48,899 nucleotides of DNA from Campylobacterota bacterium (GCA_013153685.1 JAADDX010000072.1:1-48899), one strand, 5' to 3'. Positions 39,148-48,809 are shown, numbered from the stretch's first letter. Notes: generated by a model from the letters alone, not told the origin. Translations and numbers: made by a program.

Positions 39148-40124
39148 TAACTATTCTCTCCTCCAAAAGGCACCAAAGCACTCCCCCATGTAAATCCTCC
39201 ACCAAATGCATCAAGAAGCATCATATCGCCCTTTTTTAATTTCCCCTCCTCAAACATATCGTTAATTGCCATCGGAATTGAAGCAGAAGAAGTATTACCA
39301 TATTTACCGACAGTTAATACCGATTTTGAAGATGGCATCTTGATTGCTCTTGCTACGGCATCTATAATTCTATAGTTTGCTTGATGTGGTATAAACCACT
39401 CAATATCATCACTTGTCATGTTATTTCGTTCTAAAATATCACGCACTGATTGCGAGAGAGTTTTTACAGCTACCTTAAAAGTCTCATTTCCTTTCATCTG
39501 CAAATAAATCTCATCAGTCTCACACCCGTATTTTACACCACGCCCAGGGGTAATGAGATAATCTTGATAAGAGCCATCAGCATTGATATCAATATCCAAA
39601 ATAGCATCATCTTTATTCTCCGTAGCACTAATCACAGCCGCACCAGCACCATCACCGAAAATTACACAAGTAGTCCTATCTTTGAAATCGATAATCTTGC
39701 TCAATGCTTCAGCACCGATAATTAAGACATTTTTACTCATTCCGCTTTGAATAAACGCCTTTGCAGTAGATAAAGCATAGATAAATCCAGTGCAAGCCGC
39801 ACTAATATCAAACGCTGGAGCTTTAATACCCAAATTCTCAGCAACTACACATGCAGTAGAAGGCATTGCAAAATAATCAGGCGTAATAGTTGCTACAATT
39901 ACCATATCGATATCACTTGGTTGTAAATTAGCCCTTTTAATAGCGATTTTACCAGCTTCTACAGCCAAATCCGAAGTAGTTTCATCCTCCACAAAATAAC
40001 GAGTCTTGATACCGGTTCTTTTAGTAATCCACTCATCGGAAGTATCGACTATCTTTTCCAAATCAAAATTTGTAACTTTCCTCTGTGGCACATATGCACC
40101 AATTGACGCAAATTTAGCATACAT
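39147..40124 (-). CDS. fabH: 3-oxoacyl-ACP synthase III
   Basis: Active-site AACTGFIYAL, HQANYRII and GNTSSASIP motifs. Confidence 0.96.
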   Translation of the reverse strand: MYAKFASIGAYVPQRKVTNFDLEKIVDTSDEWITKRTGIKTRYFVEDETTSDLAVEAGKIAIKRANLQPSDIDMVIVATITPDYFAMPSTACVVAENLGIKAPAFDISAACTGFIYALSTAKAFIQSGMSKNVLIIGAEALSKIIDFKDRTTCVIFGDGAGAAVISATENKDDAILDIDINADGSYQDYLITPGRGVKYGCETDEIYLQMKGNETFKVAVKTLSQSVRDILERNNMTSDDIEWFIPHQANYRIIDAVARAIKMPSSKSVLTVGKYGNTSSASIPMAINDMFEEGKLKKGDMMLLDAFGGGFTWGSALVPFGGENS

Positions 40125-41110
40125 TATCTACCTTTGATTTTTGTTTCGATTTTTGAGGTTATATCAGCCTTCGTGTAGTTGATAGCTTGAAAAACGGCGT
40201 TTTTGATAGCCTTTGAATTACTCTTACCATGACTAATAATCACACATCCATTAACACCCAACAACGGTGCCCCGCCATACTCTGCATAATCGATAGATTT
40301 TTTGAGTGCTTTAAATACTCTTCTCATCAATAAAGCACCTACTTTACTAATAAGACCGGATTTTCTTACTTCTTCTTTGATCATTGTTACGATAGTATCG
40401 GCTACACCTTCACTTGTCTTGAGTAAAATATTTCCAACAAACCCATCACAAACCACCACATCAACAACACCCTTGAATATATCATTTCCTTCTACGTTAC
40501 CATAAAAATGTGGATTATCTTTTAGCTTCTGGAAAGTCTCTTTAGTAACCGCATTACCTTTGACATCTTCTTCACCATTACTCAATAAACCGATACGCGG
40601 ATTTGTATGGTTAAGCACCTCTTTAGAATAAATCTCTCCCATCAAAGCAAACTGATATAGATTCTCACTGTCACTATCCACATTTGCTCCCACGTCTAAA
40701 ACGATTGCGTATTCTTTTTTGATAGTAGGCATAAAAGTAGCGATTGCAGGTCTTTTAATCCCTCTAATTCTACCGACTCTTAACGTAGCCAAACTCATAG
40801 TAGCCCCGCTATGTCCGGCACTCACCACAGCGTCGGCTTGCTTTTGTCTAACTAATTCGATAGCCTTATAAATAGATGATTCTTTTCTTTTTAACGCATC
40901 AGTAGCATGCTCATCCATCCTAATATAATCGGTGCTATTTATAAGACTAATTTTATCGCGAAAATGTTTGGGAATATATTTTACAATCTCACTCTCATCA
41001 CCCACTAGTATCGGTTCAAACTGCTCATACTTCAAAGCTTCAACAACACCTTCTATTATAGGCTTAGGACCAAAGTCCCCGCCCATTGCATCAATAGCAA
41101 CCTTTATCAT
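40124..41110 (-). CDS. plsX: Phosphate acyltransferase
   Basis: [22 protein letters not shown] and the [13 protein letters not shown] pattern. Confidence 0.96.
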   Translation of the reverse strand: MIKVAIDAMGGDFGPKPIIEGVVEALKYEQFEPILVGDESEIVKYIPKHFRDKISLINSTDYIRMDEHATDALKRKESSIYKAIELVRQKQADAVVSAGHSGATMSLATLRVGRIRGIKRPAIATFMPTIKKEYAIVLDVGANVDSDSENLYQFALMGEIYSKEVLNHTNPRIGLLSNGEEDVKGNAVTKETFQKLKDNPHFYGNVEGNDIFKGVVDVVVCDGFVGNILLKTSEGVADTIVTMIKEEVRKSGLISKVGALLMRRVFKALKKSIDYAEYGGAPLLGVNGCVIISHGKSNSKAIKNAVFQAINYTKADITSKIETKIKGR

Positions 41111-41262
41111 TAATACTCACCACAGCTTGGGCAAATTGTATGAGGTTTTTTGTATGCACCGCAGCTTGGACATTTTTGGATTGTTGCTGTTTTTTTCAAT
41201 CTATAGTGCGTTCTTCTTTTTGCTGCTCTTGTTTTTGATACTCTTCTCTTTGGAACTGCCAT
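41110..41262 (-). CDS. rpmF: 50S ribosomal protein L32
   Basis: Not in the supplied ORF track because it is under 60 aa. My own translation gives [50 protein letters not shown] (50 aa). It has the classic MAVPK start and a CxxC...CxxC zinc ribbon. The TAA overlaps the plsX ATG by 1 nt. Confidence 0.93.
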   Translation of the reverse strand: MAVPKRRVSKTRAAKRRTHYRLKKTATIQKCPSCGAYKKPHTICPSCGEY

Positions 41263-41296
41263 TTTTTCTCCTTTTTAGACTAAAATGCCAAATAAG

Positions 41297-41656
41297 TTAT
41301 ATCTCGTTCATTTGGCAACTTTCACATATGTTGTCAAAATCCAATTTAATAGATTCAATCTCAGACGTAATTATATCATCAAAATCGATTAATTGCGAAA
41401 AAATTTCAATTACATCATATTCATCATCAAATCCATTATATATTTGATTGGTAATAATCAACTTCAATTCATCATCAATTTCTCTTATAAAAGTATTCGC
41501 ACACTTATTGCACTCTACTTCTACTTGACCGTATAATCTAGCTTCTATTTTTACTAAATTATTATCTCGATAAAATTCCCCTTCAAGAGTCAATCCATCT
41601 AATGAAGTTTTGAATTCTTTTTTTTGTGGAGGAATTTTTTTGATATCGATTTTCAA
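41297..41656 (-). CDS. yceD: YceD family (DUF177) protein
   Basis: Conserved position directly upstream of rpmF. 119 aa acidic protein with cysteine pairs CNKC and CESC. Confidence 0.75.
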   Translation of the reverse strand: MKIDIKKIPPQKKEFKTSLDGLTLEGEFYRDNNLVKIEARLYGQVEVECNKCANTFIREIDDELKLIITNQIYNGFDDEYDVIEIFSQLIDFDDIITSEIESIKLDFDNICESCQMNEI

Positions 41657-42070
41657 TTATAAAATCTCTCTTTTTGCAAAGAAGAAATTTATCTCAATTT
41701 GAGCATTTTCTAAACTATCACTTCCATGAACCGCATTAGCGTCGATACTATCTGCAAAATCAGCTCTAATTGTACCTGCTGCAGCTTCTTTTGGATTTGT
41801 AGCACCCATAAGTTCTCTATTTTTAGCTACTGCATCCTCACCTTCTAATACCATAACCACTACCGGTCCACTTGTCATAAATTCTACCAAATCTTTAAAA
41901 AACGGTCTCTCAGCATGAACAGCATAAAATTGTGCCGCATCTTCTTGCGATAATTGTAATTTTTTCATCGCCGCTATTCTTAAGCCATTTGATTCAAATC
42001 TATCGATAATTTTTCCTATTACATTTTTTTTCACCGCATCCGGTTTGATAATAGATAGAGTTTGTTGCAT
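41657..42070 (-). CDS. ndk: Nucleoside diphosphate kinase
   Basis: [24 protein letters not shown] active-site histidine. ATG at 42070 with AAGGAGAG RBS. The 38-codon extension in the ORF track is intergenic. Confidence 0.96.
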   Translation of the reverse strand: MQQTLSIIKPDAVKKNVIGKIIDRFESNGLRIAAMKKLQLSQEDAAQFYAVHAERPFFKDLVEFMTSGPVVVMVLEGEDAVAKNRELMGATNPKEAAAGTIRADFADSIDANAVHGSDSLENAQIEINFFFAKREIL

Positions 42071-42101
42071 TTTCTCTCCTTGGTATTTTTTAAGAGGTGT
42101 A

Positions 42102-42110
42102 ATTATATCA
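42102..42110 (-). promoter_or_regulatory. Putative extended -10 promoter (TGATATAAT) for ndk and the downstream gene array
   Basis: Exact TGnTATAAT on the minus strand, 32 nt upstream of the ndk ATG at 42070. Confidence 0.5.
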
Positions 42111-42228
42111 AAATAATATTTTTTTTCAAATTTAATCCAAATATTTGTCAAAAAATTTCGTTTTTTTGTGTATAATATACTCAAAACGGATAAAATTCAA
42201 GCTTTAAGATAAGTCTTGGACGTGTTTA

Positions 42229-42237
42229 TGGTATAAT
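42229..42237 (+). promoter_or_regulatory. Putative extended -10 promoter (TGGTATAAT) for panB-coaD
   Basis: Exact TGnTATAAT 32 nt upstream of the panB ATG. Confidence 0.5.
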
Positions 42238-42268
42238 AATCTCAAAGTTACTAGCTAAAAGGATTACA

Positions 42269-43054
42269 ATGAAAATGACTATTACCAAGCTACAATCGTT
42301 TAAAAACAACAAAAAAATTACAATGATAACCGCATATGACGCTTTGTTTGCTAGCTTGTTTGATGAGATTGCTGATGTGATATTGGTGGGGGATAGTTTG
42401 AATATGAGCTTTTTTGGGGCTAATGATACATTAAGTGCGACTATCGACCAGATGATTTATCATACCAACGCAGTATGCAACGGTGCAAAACAAGCATACA
42501 TCATTACCGATATGCCATTTGGTAGTTACACCACACCAAAACAAGCATTAAAAAACGCCACCAAAGTATTTAAACAAACACACACAGATGCTGTAAAGAT
42601 AGAAGGTGGGATCAACAAAGCTGATACTATCAAACTCCTAAGCGATAATGCTATTGCGGTAGTTGGGCATATAGGATTGATGCCGCAATATTCTAGAAGT
42701 GAAGGTGGTTACAAAGTAAAAGGTAAAAACGACATCGAAAAAGATAAATTACTAAAAGACGCACAAGCAATAGAACAAGCAGGGGCTATTATGCTCGTAG
42801 TAGAAGGAGTCAAAGAGGATGTAGCAGCGGAGATTACTAATAGTGTGAATATTCCAGTTATAGGAATAGGAGCCGGTAGATACACGGATGGGCAAGTGCT
42901 TGTGTGGTCTGATATGCTAGGATTTTTTGATAAATTCAAGCCAAAATTTGTCAAAAGATATCTCCAAGGAGCTACTCTTACAAAAGAAGCCGTAGCTAAA
43001 TACAAACAAGAAGTTGAAGCGGGAATATTTCCTAGTGTAGATGAGATATATTAA
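42269..43054 (+). CDS. panB: 3-methyl-2-oxobutanoate hydroxymethyltransferase
   Basis: [23 protein letters not shown] and HIGLMPQ motifs. Confidence 0.95.
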   Translation: MKMTITKLQSFKNNKKITMITAYDALFASLFDEIADVILVGDSLNMSFFGANDTLSATIDQMIYHTNAVCNGAKQAYIITDMPFGSYTTPKQALKNATKVFKQTHTDAVKIEGGINKADTIKLLSDNAIAVVGHIGLMPQYSRSEGGYKVKGKNDIEKDKLLKDAQAIEQAGAIMLVVEGVKEDVAAEITNSVNIPVIGIGAGRYTDGQVLVWSDMLGFFDKFKPKFVKRYLQGATLTKEAVAKYKQEVEAGIFPSVDEIY

Positions 43055-43062
43055 GGATAAAG

Positions 43063-43536
43063 ATGAAAATAGCAATTTACCCAGGGACATTTGATCCAAT
43101 TACCAACGGACATGTGGATATTATCGAAAGAGCGGTGCAGATTTTTGATAAGATTATTGTAGCAGTAGCAAATAACAAAGCCAAAAATTGTATGTTTTCA
43201 TTATCACAAAGATTGCAAATGGCACAAAAAGCGACAACCAACATCGCCAATGTAGAAGTAAAAAGCTTTGATTCTTTGTTGGTGGACTTTGCTAAAAAAG
43301 AAAATTCAAAAATTATCATTAGAGGATTGAGAGCTGTGAGTGATTTTGAGTATGAGTTGCAGATGAGTTATGCAAATCAAAGCTTGGATAGTAGTATAGA
43401 TACTGTTTATTTGATGCCTACTCTAAAGCATGCTTTTATCTCATCTAGTATTGTTAGAAATATTTTATCTTACGATGGTGATGTGGCACATTTGGTTCCA
43501 GAAGAAATTGTGGGATTTTTGAGGAGGGGTGAATGA
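43063..43536 (+). CDS. coaD: Phosphopantetheine adenylyltransferase
   Basis: [32 protein letters not shown] and ISSSIVR motifs. Confidence 0.96.
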   Translation: MKIAIYPGTFDPITNGHVDIIERAVQIFDKIIVAVANNKAKNCMFSLSQRLQMAQKATTNIANVEVKSFDSLLVDFAKKENSKIIIRGLRAVSDFEYELQMSYANQSLDSSIDTVYLMPTLKHAFISSSIVRNILSYDGDVAHLVPEEIVGFLRRGE

Positions 43537-44429
43537 AATATGTATTTGGACCGGTTGCATCTAGAAGATTTGGGATGAGTTTGGGGATAGATGTCAGTCC
43601 TCATGTAAAATCGTGTAATTTTGATTGTGTATACTGTGAATTAAGTAAAGCAAAAAAGACAGATACTATCATTGGCGAACCGAAAGTCAAAAAAATTATC
43701 GATGAAGTCAAAGTGGCAATCAACAAATACAAATTTGACATCCTAACAATCACCGCAAATGGAGAGCCTACTTTGTATTCCAAGCTAGATACACTAGTAG
43801 ATGAACTCAAGGAATTTGGTAAAAAATTGTTGATTTTATCCAATTCATCTACAATCCAAAATCCACATATCCAATACACACTCTCAAAGATTGATACAGT
43901 AAAACTCTCCCTTGATACTGTCAATCCCAAAACATTCAAAAAAATCAACAGACCGCTTGATGGAATACAAATAGAGGATATTATCCGCGGAATTACGGAC
44001 TTTAGTAAAATCCACAAAAAAGATTTGGTAATTGAGATTTTAGTGGTTAAAGGGATCAATGATAATATAAACGAATTTAAAGCATTAAATGAAGTCTTAG
44101 CACAAATCAACCCCACAAGAGTGGATATCTCTACGATAGATAGACCGCCAGCATATCATGTCAAAGCTGTAGAATGGGATAAGCTATATAAACTCAGCCA
44201 AGAGATAAAAGACCAAAATGTTCTCATCCCAAATAGAAAAAACTTAGATGCCAAAAAGGTGCATTTTAGCAAAGATGACCTTATTAATACTCTCAAAAAA
44301 CGTCCATTTACAAAAAATGATATCGAGAGTATATTTGATCTAGAAACCAAGAAAACATTTCTAGAATTGTTTGATAAAAACATTATCAAAATTAAAAACA
44401 TCTCAAATGTAACGTTTTATTACGTATAA
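43533..44429 (+). CDS. Radical SAM protein
   Basis: [17 protein letters not shown] is followed by the CNFDCVYCE CxxxCxxC cluster. There is no C-terminal cysteine-rich SPASM-type region. The ATG overlaps the coaD stop. Confidence 0.8.
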   Translation: MKYVFGPVASRRFGMSLGIDVSPHVKSCNFDCVYCELSKAKKTDTIIGEPKVKKIIDEVKVAINKYKFDILTITANGEPTLYSKLDTLVDELKEFGKKLLILSNSSTIQNPHIQYTLSKIDTVKLSLDTVNPKTFKKINRPLDGIQIEDIIRGITDFSKIHKKDLVIEILVVKGINDNINEFKALNEVLAQINPTRVDISTIDRPPAYHVKAVEWDKLYKLSQEIKDQNVLIPNRKNLDAKKVHFSKDDLINTLKKRPFTKNDIESIFDLETKKTFLELFDKNIIKIKNISNVTFYYV

Positions 44430-44438
44430 GGATAAAAA

Positions 44439-44693
44439 ATGAGTATCACACTTCAAACTATCAACATTAATCAAAATATGCATATTCCAGCACACATCGC
44501 TTCAGAATACTTAGCAAGTGTGAAATTTGCAGAAGAGTTCTCCAAAATCATAGCCAAAGAAAAAGCGGATCAAACCAAAATCAAAAAAGTCGACAAAAGC
44601 ACTCAAATAGATGAGAGTACAGTCAAGGAAGAAGAGAGAGAACATGAGAAAATTATCGCCGAAGAGATGCATCATATCGATCTAAAAGGATAA
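44439..44693 (+). CDS. Hypothetical charged protein (84 aa)
   Basis: ORF in a 9-nt gap after the radical SAM gene and 2 nt before cdsA. K/E-rich and without cysteines. No motif recognised. Confidence 0.45.
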   Translation: MSITLQTININQNMHIPAHIASEYLASVKFAEEFSKIIAKEKADQTKIKKVDKSTQIDESTVKEEEREHEKIIAEEMHHIDLKG

Positions 44694-44695
44694 CT

Positions 44696-45454
44696 ATGAA
44701 AATAAATGAAATCTTATCATCAAGTAAAGAACGAATCATTACGGCTTTAGTATTGATTGTGGGGTTGGGAGTTGTATTATTGCTAAATAACATGTATTTA
44801 ATCTGGTTGATATTTGGTATTGTGTATGTTATTAGCTTGTATGAAGCGGGTGAGTTGTTGGATGTGGAGACCAAAATGGCTATCTCATTTGGGATAGTTA
44901 CTTGGATTGGAGTTTTGATACTCAAGCACGCGGAATTACTGGCATTTGTACCTTTGTTGAGTTTGGTAAGCTATAGAGTATACAAAAACCAAAGCATTAA
45001 AGATAGTTTGTTGTTTATATATCCTTCAATGGGGATATTTTTTATGTTTGCTTTGTATAAGGATTATGGAGTATTTGCACTGTTATGGTTGATTGTGGTA
45101 GTGAGTATGACAGATACGTTTGCGTATTTTAGCGGAAAGTATCTAGGTAAGAGGAAATTTAGTGAAGTTAGCCCCAATAAAACATTAGAAGGCGTGATGG
45201 GGGGAGTTGTAGCTGGAAGTTTGTTTGGGAGTTTGGTTGGATTATATGCACATGGATTCGTATTTAGCTTAATGTTATCGTTTTTGGTGAGTGTTTTTAG
45301 TGTATTTGGGGATTTGTTTGAGAGCTACCTCAAAAGGATGGCAAACGTAAAAGATAGCGGAAATATATTCCCCGGTCATGGTGGTATGCTAGATAGACTC
45401 GATGGATATTTATTTGGTGTGATTATCCTCTATATTGGCATGGTTGTGTTTTGA
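44696..45454 (+). CDS. cdsA: Phosphatidate cytidylyltransferase
   Basis: C-terminal signature SYLKRMANVKDSGNIFPGHGGMLDRLDG in a polytopic membrane protein. Confidence 0.93.
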   Translation: MKINEILSSSKERIITALVLIVGLGVVLLLNNMYLIWLIFGIVYVISLYEAGELLDVETKMAISFGIVTWIGVLILKHAELLAFVPLLSLVSYRVYKNQSIKDSLLFIYPSMGIFFMFALYKDYGVFALLWLIVVVSMTDTFAYFSGKYLGKRKFSEVSPNKTLEGVMGGVVAGSLFGSLVGLYAHGFVFSLMLSFLVSVFSVFGDLFESYLKRMANVKDSGNIFPGHGGMLDRLDGYLFGVIILYIGMVVF

Positions 45455-46504
45455 TATTTGATAAAAATCCAAATACCAATCAATAAACTTCGCGATACCT
45501 TCTTGGATAGTTGTCTTTGGTTGGTATCCCAAATCCTCTATCAAATCACTCACATCCGCATAAGTAGATACCACATCTCCCGCTTGGAGCGGTAAGAAAC
45601 GCTTTTTAGCCGTTTTGTTGAGTTTCTTTTCGATTTCGCTTACAAAATCCATCAACTTCACTGGTGCGTTATTTCCAATATTATAGATCTTATACGGTGC
45701 TGTGGAAATAGAAGGATTACTTGGGGCAGAGTGACTTTTGGCAGGATTGTCTATCACCTTTATAATCCCTTCTACAATATCATCTACATACGTAAAATCT
45801 CTTTGCATCTCTCCGTAATTAAATATATCAATTTCCCTATCCTCCAAAATTGCTTTGGTAAACAAAAACAACGCCATATCCGGTCTACCCCACGGACCAT
45901 ACACTGTAAAAAATCGCAAACCGGTAGTGCGGATACCATATAGGTGTGAATATGTGTGTGCCATAAGCTCGTTTGATTTTTTGCTAGCTGCATACAGGCT
46001 AATTGGATGATCTACGTTGTCTTTGGTTGAGAATGGTTGTTTGGTATTTAGTCCATATACACTACTACTACTTGCATAAGATAAGTTCTCTATATCAAAA
46101 TGTCTACATGCTTCTAACACATTCAAAAATCCGACAATATTGCTATTGATATATGCATCCGGATTGGTTAGGCTATATCTCACTCCAGCTTGTGCGGCTA
46201 GATTGCACACTGCATCAAATTTTTGTTGTTTACACAAATCAAATAAATTCTCTTTATCCTCTAAATTAAGCTTAATAAATTGGTAATTGGGGTATTTTTT
46301 GCTTTGGATGAGTTGGTTATATGCAATATCAGGATTGTCTATATGCTCTACAATTCCACTATTTTGCAATCTACCATACTTTACTCTCAAATCATAATAA
46401 TCATTAATATTATCCAACCCCACAACCTCATCCCCTCTTTGAAGCAATTTATTGGCTAGATGAAATCCGATAAATCCCGCAGTCCCCGTAACTAAAATTT
46501 TCAT
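45410..46504 (-). CDS. NAD-dependent nucleotide-sugar epimerase (UDP-glucuronate 4-epimerase-like)
   Basis: ILVTGTAGFIGFHL Rossmann motif and the SSSSVYG...YAASK catalytic triad pattern of extended SDR epimerases. Confidence 0.85.
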   Translation of the reverse strand: MKILVTGTAGFIGFHLANKLLQRGDEVVGLDNINDYYDLRVKYGRLQNSGIVEHIDNPDIAYNQLIQSKKYPNYQFIKLNLEDKENLFDLCKQQKFDAVCNLAAQAGVRYSLTNPDAYINSNIVGFLNVLEACRHFDIENLSYASSSSVYGLNTKQPFSTKDNVDHPISLYAASKKSNELMAHTYSHLYGIRTTGLRFFTVYGPWGRPDMALFLFTKAILEDREIDIFNYGEMQRDFTYVDDIVEGIIKVIDNPAKSHSAPSNPSISTAPYKIYNIGNNAPVKLMDFVSEIEKKLNKTAKKRFLPLQAGDVVSTYADVSDLIEDLGYQPKTTIQEGIAKFIDWYLDFYQISKHNHANIEDNHTK

Positions 46505-47649
46505 TTTTTCTCCTTTACTACTGAAAAACTTAAATCCAAAATCTCTTTGTGCGATGTGATAAAATGGTTGAGTTGATCTAAAGAGAGATTTTTGATTAGT
46601 TCTAATTCTTGTTTTAAATATCCTTGTGGAAATCCTAGATAATATTCGTTGAATTGATGTGTCAATCTATCCTCTAATGTTTCATACCTTAGAGGTTCAC
46701 TACCGATTAAGAATTGCTTTGTGCTTTGCAATTCCTCTTGGGTTACGCCATCTTTAACAAAACGTTCAAATAAATCCTTGATTTTTGAGATGCTCTTTTG
46801 TTCATTTTGAAGCTTTGTTTGCATATATCCTTTGAGAATAGTGGTATGATTGGTGAAGTGATTGCGAACATAAGCCGAATAAGCCAAAGCTTCTTTTACT
46901 CTAATCTCATCTGTCATTCTACTACCAAATCCTCCGCTTCCTAGGATAAAAGTCGCTACTTTGGCTTTGTATCTATCTTCTTTTTTGACATCGAAAAACG
47001 CATTGAAATGTATGTATGCTTGCGTTGTAGGTTTGTATTGAGTAATGTTATTTTGTTGAGGAATAAAAAACGGAATTGGTTTTTTGCTACCTGATGGAAA
47101 AATCTGTAAAAACTCATCATAATCAATATCTTTAAAATTTCCACCCACGATAAAGGTGATATTTTCTTTGATGAAATGATTATAAAAGTGTTCTTTGACT
47201 TGTGAGAGTCCAAACTCAATCGTTTCGGGAATAATAGGATATGACATTGGTGGCTGGAAAGTAGCTTTGATGAGATTTTTGCTTGCTACATAATCCAAAT
47301 CATCATTTTTACGCTTACTCTGTGCTAGTACTTCAACTTTGGTTTTATCAAAAGCCTCTTGTGTAAGATTGGGAGATGATAAGAGCTCTTTTATTAGTCG
47401 CAAAGCAAGAGATTGCTTTTGTTTGAGAAATGTTGAGTGGATGGTGATAAGCTCTCTTGTTGCACTTACTTTGAGGGAAATTGCATTATTTTCAAGTATG
47501 GATGTAAAATTTTTGTTTTTTGAACCTCTGTTATTTAGCATTTGAGCCAAAAAATATGCTACACCTTCATCTGCAAACAAAGCACCACTATTTTCAAAGA
47601 CTATATCAAATAACACTCTATCTAAATTATCTCTTTGTTGGAAAATCAA
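46501..47649 (-). CDS. M16 (pitrilysin) family protein lacking the HxxEH zinc motif
   Basis: The M16 fold pattern is visible, but the zinc-site position reads GVAYFLAQMLNRGSK rather than HxxEH. TTG start at 47649 (AAGGA RBS, 6-nt spacer) fits the promoter at 47674..47682. Confidence 0.7.
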   Translation of the reverse strand: MIFQQRDNLDRVLFDIVFENSGALFADEGVAYFLAQMLNNRGSKNKNFTSILENNAISLKVSATRELITIHSTFLKQKQSLALRLIKELLSSPNLTQEAFDKTKVEVLAQSKRKNDDLDYVASKNLIKATFQPPMSYPIIPETIEFGLSQVKEHFYNHFIKENITFIVGGNFKDIDYDEFLQIFPSGSKKPIPFFIPQQNNITQYKPTTQAYIHFNAFFDVKKEDRYKAKVATFILGSGGFGSRMTDEIRVKEALAYSAYVRNHFTNHTTILKGYMQTKLQNEQKSISKIKDLFERFVKDGVTQEELQSTKQFLIGSEPLRYETLEDRLTHQFNEYYLGFPQGYLKQELELIKNLSLDQLNHFITSHKEILDLSFSVVKEKK

Positions 47650-47673
47650 ATTGCATCCTTTTTTATTTTCGCA

Positions 47674-47682
47674 ATTATACCA
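47674..47682 (-). promoter_or_regulatory. Putative extended -10 promoter (TGGTATAAT) for the M16-family gene
   Basis: Exact TGnTATAAT on the minus strand, 25 nt upstream of TTG 47649. Confidence 0.5.
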
Positions 47683-47706
47683 AATTTTGCATAAACTATA
47701 AAACGA

Positions 47707-47715
47707 TGGTATAAT
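47707..47715 (+). promoter_or_regulatory. Putative extended -10 promoter (TGGTATAAT) for surE
   Basis: Exact TGnTATAAT 22 nt upstream of the surE ATG. It sits back to back with the identical minus-strand element at 47674..47682. Confidence 0.5.
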
Positions 47716-47736
47716 TCGCACAAAAAAAGGTCAAAA

Positions 47737-48507
47737 ATGAAAAAAATTTTGATTACCAATGATGACGGATATGATGCTGTGGGATTGAAAAAGTTGATTG
47801 AAGCAGTGGAAGGATTGGGAGAAATTTTCGTAGTAGCACCGGCATTACACAAATCTGCATGCGGACATAGCCTAAGTATCACAAAGCCTTTGTTTTTGAT
47901 AAGTGTAGATGATGATTTTTATAAAGTAGATGATGGCACTCCTACAGATTGTGTATATTTGGCATTGAATCATATTTTTGAGGATATTAAGCCTGATATT
48001 GTTTTAAGCGGAATAAATCACGGAGCAAATATGGGAGATGATATCACTTATTCTGGGACTGCTGGGGCGGTGATGGAGGCGGTACTTCACGGAATTAGTG
48101 GTATAGCATTCTCACAAGTGATGAAGACTTATCACAAAGCGGATGATACTATTAATTGGGATGAGACCAAAAGATATGTGCGTGCTATTACTCAAAAGGT
48201 CTTAAAACACGACCCTTTTAAAAATGAACGGAAATTTTTGAATGTAAATATCCCAAATGATGAGATTAAAGGTATTAAAGTGACTAAGCTAGGGTATAAA
48301 TTGTATTCTAATGAAGCGTTTTTACATCATGATCCGCGAGGTAGGGAATATTTCTGGATAGGATTGCCGGCTTTGGAATTTGAATATGAAGAAAATAGCG
48401 ACTTAGGAGCTATTAGCGACGGGTTCGTATCTATTACACCTATCAAAATGGATATGACTGATTATGCTCAATTACCTTATATCAAAGACTGGCTTAGAGG
48501 GGATTAA
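47737..48507 (+). CDS. surE: 5'/3'-nucleotidase SurE
   Basis: KILITNDDGYDAVGLKKL, SGINHGANMGDDITYSGTAGA and ITPI motifs. Confidence 0.95.
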   Translation: MKKILITNDDGYDAVGLKKLIEAVEGLGEIFVVAPALHKSACGHSLSITKPLFLISVDDDFYKVDDGTPTDCVYLALNHIFEDIKPDIVLSGINHGANMGDDITYSGTAGAVMEAVLHGISGIAFSQVMKTYHKADDTINWDETKRYVRAITQKVLKHDPFKNERKFLNVNIPNDEIKGIKVTKLGYKLYSNEAFLHHDPRGREYFWIGLPALEFEYEENSDLGAISDGFVSITPIKMDMTDYAQLPYIKDWLRGD

Positions 48508-48551
48508 GCTAAGATAAGCTTAGATTTCTCTTTTAATGGCTTTGTTAATGA

Positions 48552-48713
48552 CGTACTGCATATTTACCTACTCAAATAAACTTTATCTCTATGACAAAAA
48601 TAAGCAGAGCCACAGCCATAAGAGATATAAAACAACTCCTTGAATATGGGTGTATTAGACAAGTAGAAAATAGTATGAGACCGTTCAAAATTCCGTCTCA
48701 GCTGGATTGCTAA
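48552..48713 (+). pseudogene. C-terminal remnant of a Fic/DOC family protein (winged-helix tail only)
   Basis: The open frame after the TGA at 48549..48551 reads ...INFISMTKISRATAIRDIKQLLEYGCIRQVENS... This resembles the conserved C-terminal HTH tail of Fic proteins (the pattern K.S..TA.RDI..L...G.L). No Fic core (HPFxxGNG) lies upstream, because surE ends at 48507. Confidence 0.45.
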
Positions 48714-48809
48714 GCTTCAGCCATAAAACTAACTGACTTTTTGTGTTATTTTTTGGAGCACTTTTATCTTGCACTTTGGTGTATGTCCATTTTGCACTTA
48801 ACACCCAGC

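Noticed and set aside
40932-41447. 171-aa plus-strand ORF spanning plsX, rpmF and yceD antisense
   Set aside because: It crosses three well-supported minus-strand genes and has a low-complexity L/F/S-rich translation with no RBS or promoter. The same reasoning applies to the antisense ORFs at 43601..44116, 16819..17319, 23195..23629, 4113..4568, 34360..34785 and 25187..25624.
42071-42184. N-terminal extensions of track ORFs (ndk to 42184, thiG to 19929, hisB from 28266, yigZ to 35481, dgkA from 3380, M16 to 47721)
   Set aside because: In each case the conserved protein begins at an internal start codon with a good Shine-Dalgarno. The extension runs through promoter or intergenic sequence or through the preceding gene.
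43533-44693. Radical SAM enzyme plus downstream 84-aa ORF as a RiPP maturase/precursor pair
   Set aside because: The radical SAM protein has only the single CxxxCxxC cluster and no SPASM or twitch cysteine-rich C-terminus. The 84-aa protein has no Cys and no Gly-Gly leader-type motif, and is K/E-rich. The pair is wedged in a coaD to cdsA housekeeping run with start/stop coupling. More likely a conserved housekeeping radical SAM protein.
48505-48533. Hairpin TAAGCT-AAGATA-AGCTTA followed by GATTTCTCTTTT as a surE terminator
   Set aside because: The stem is only 6 bp with two G:C pairs, and the T-tract is interrupted. It is too weak to call an intrinsic terminator with confidence, though it may still contribute to 3' end formation.
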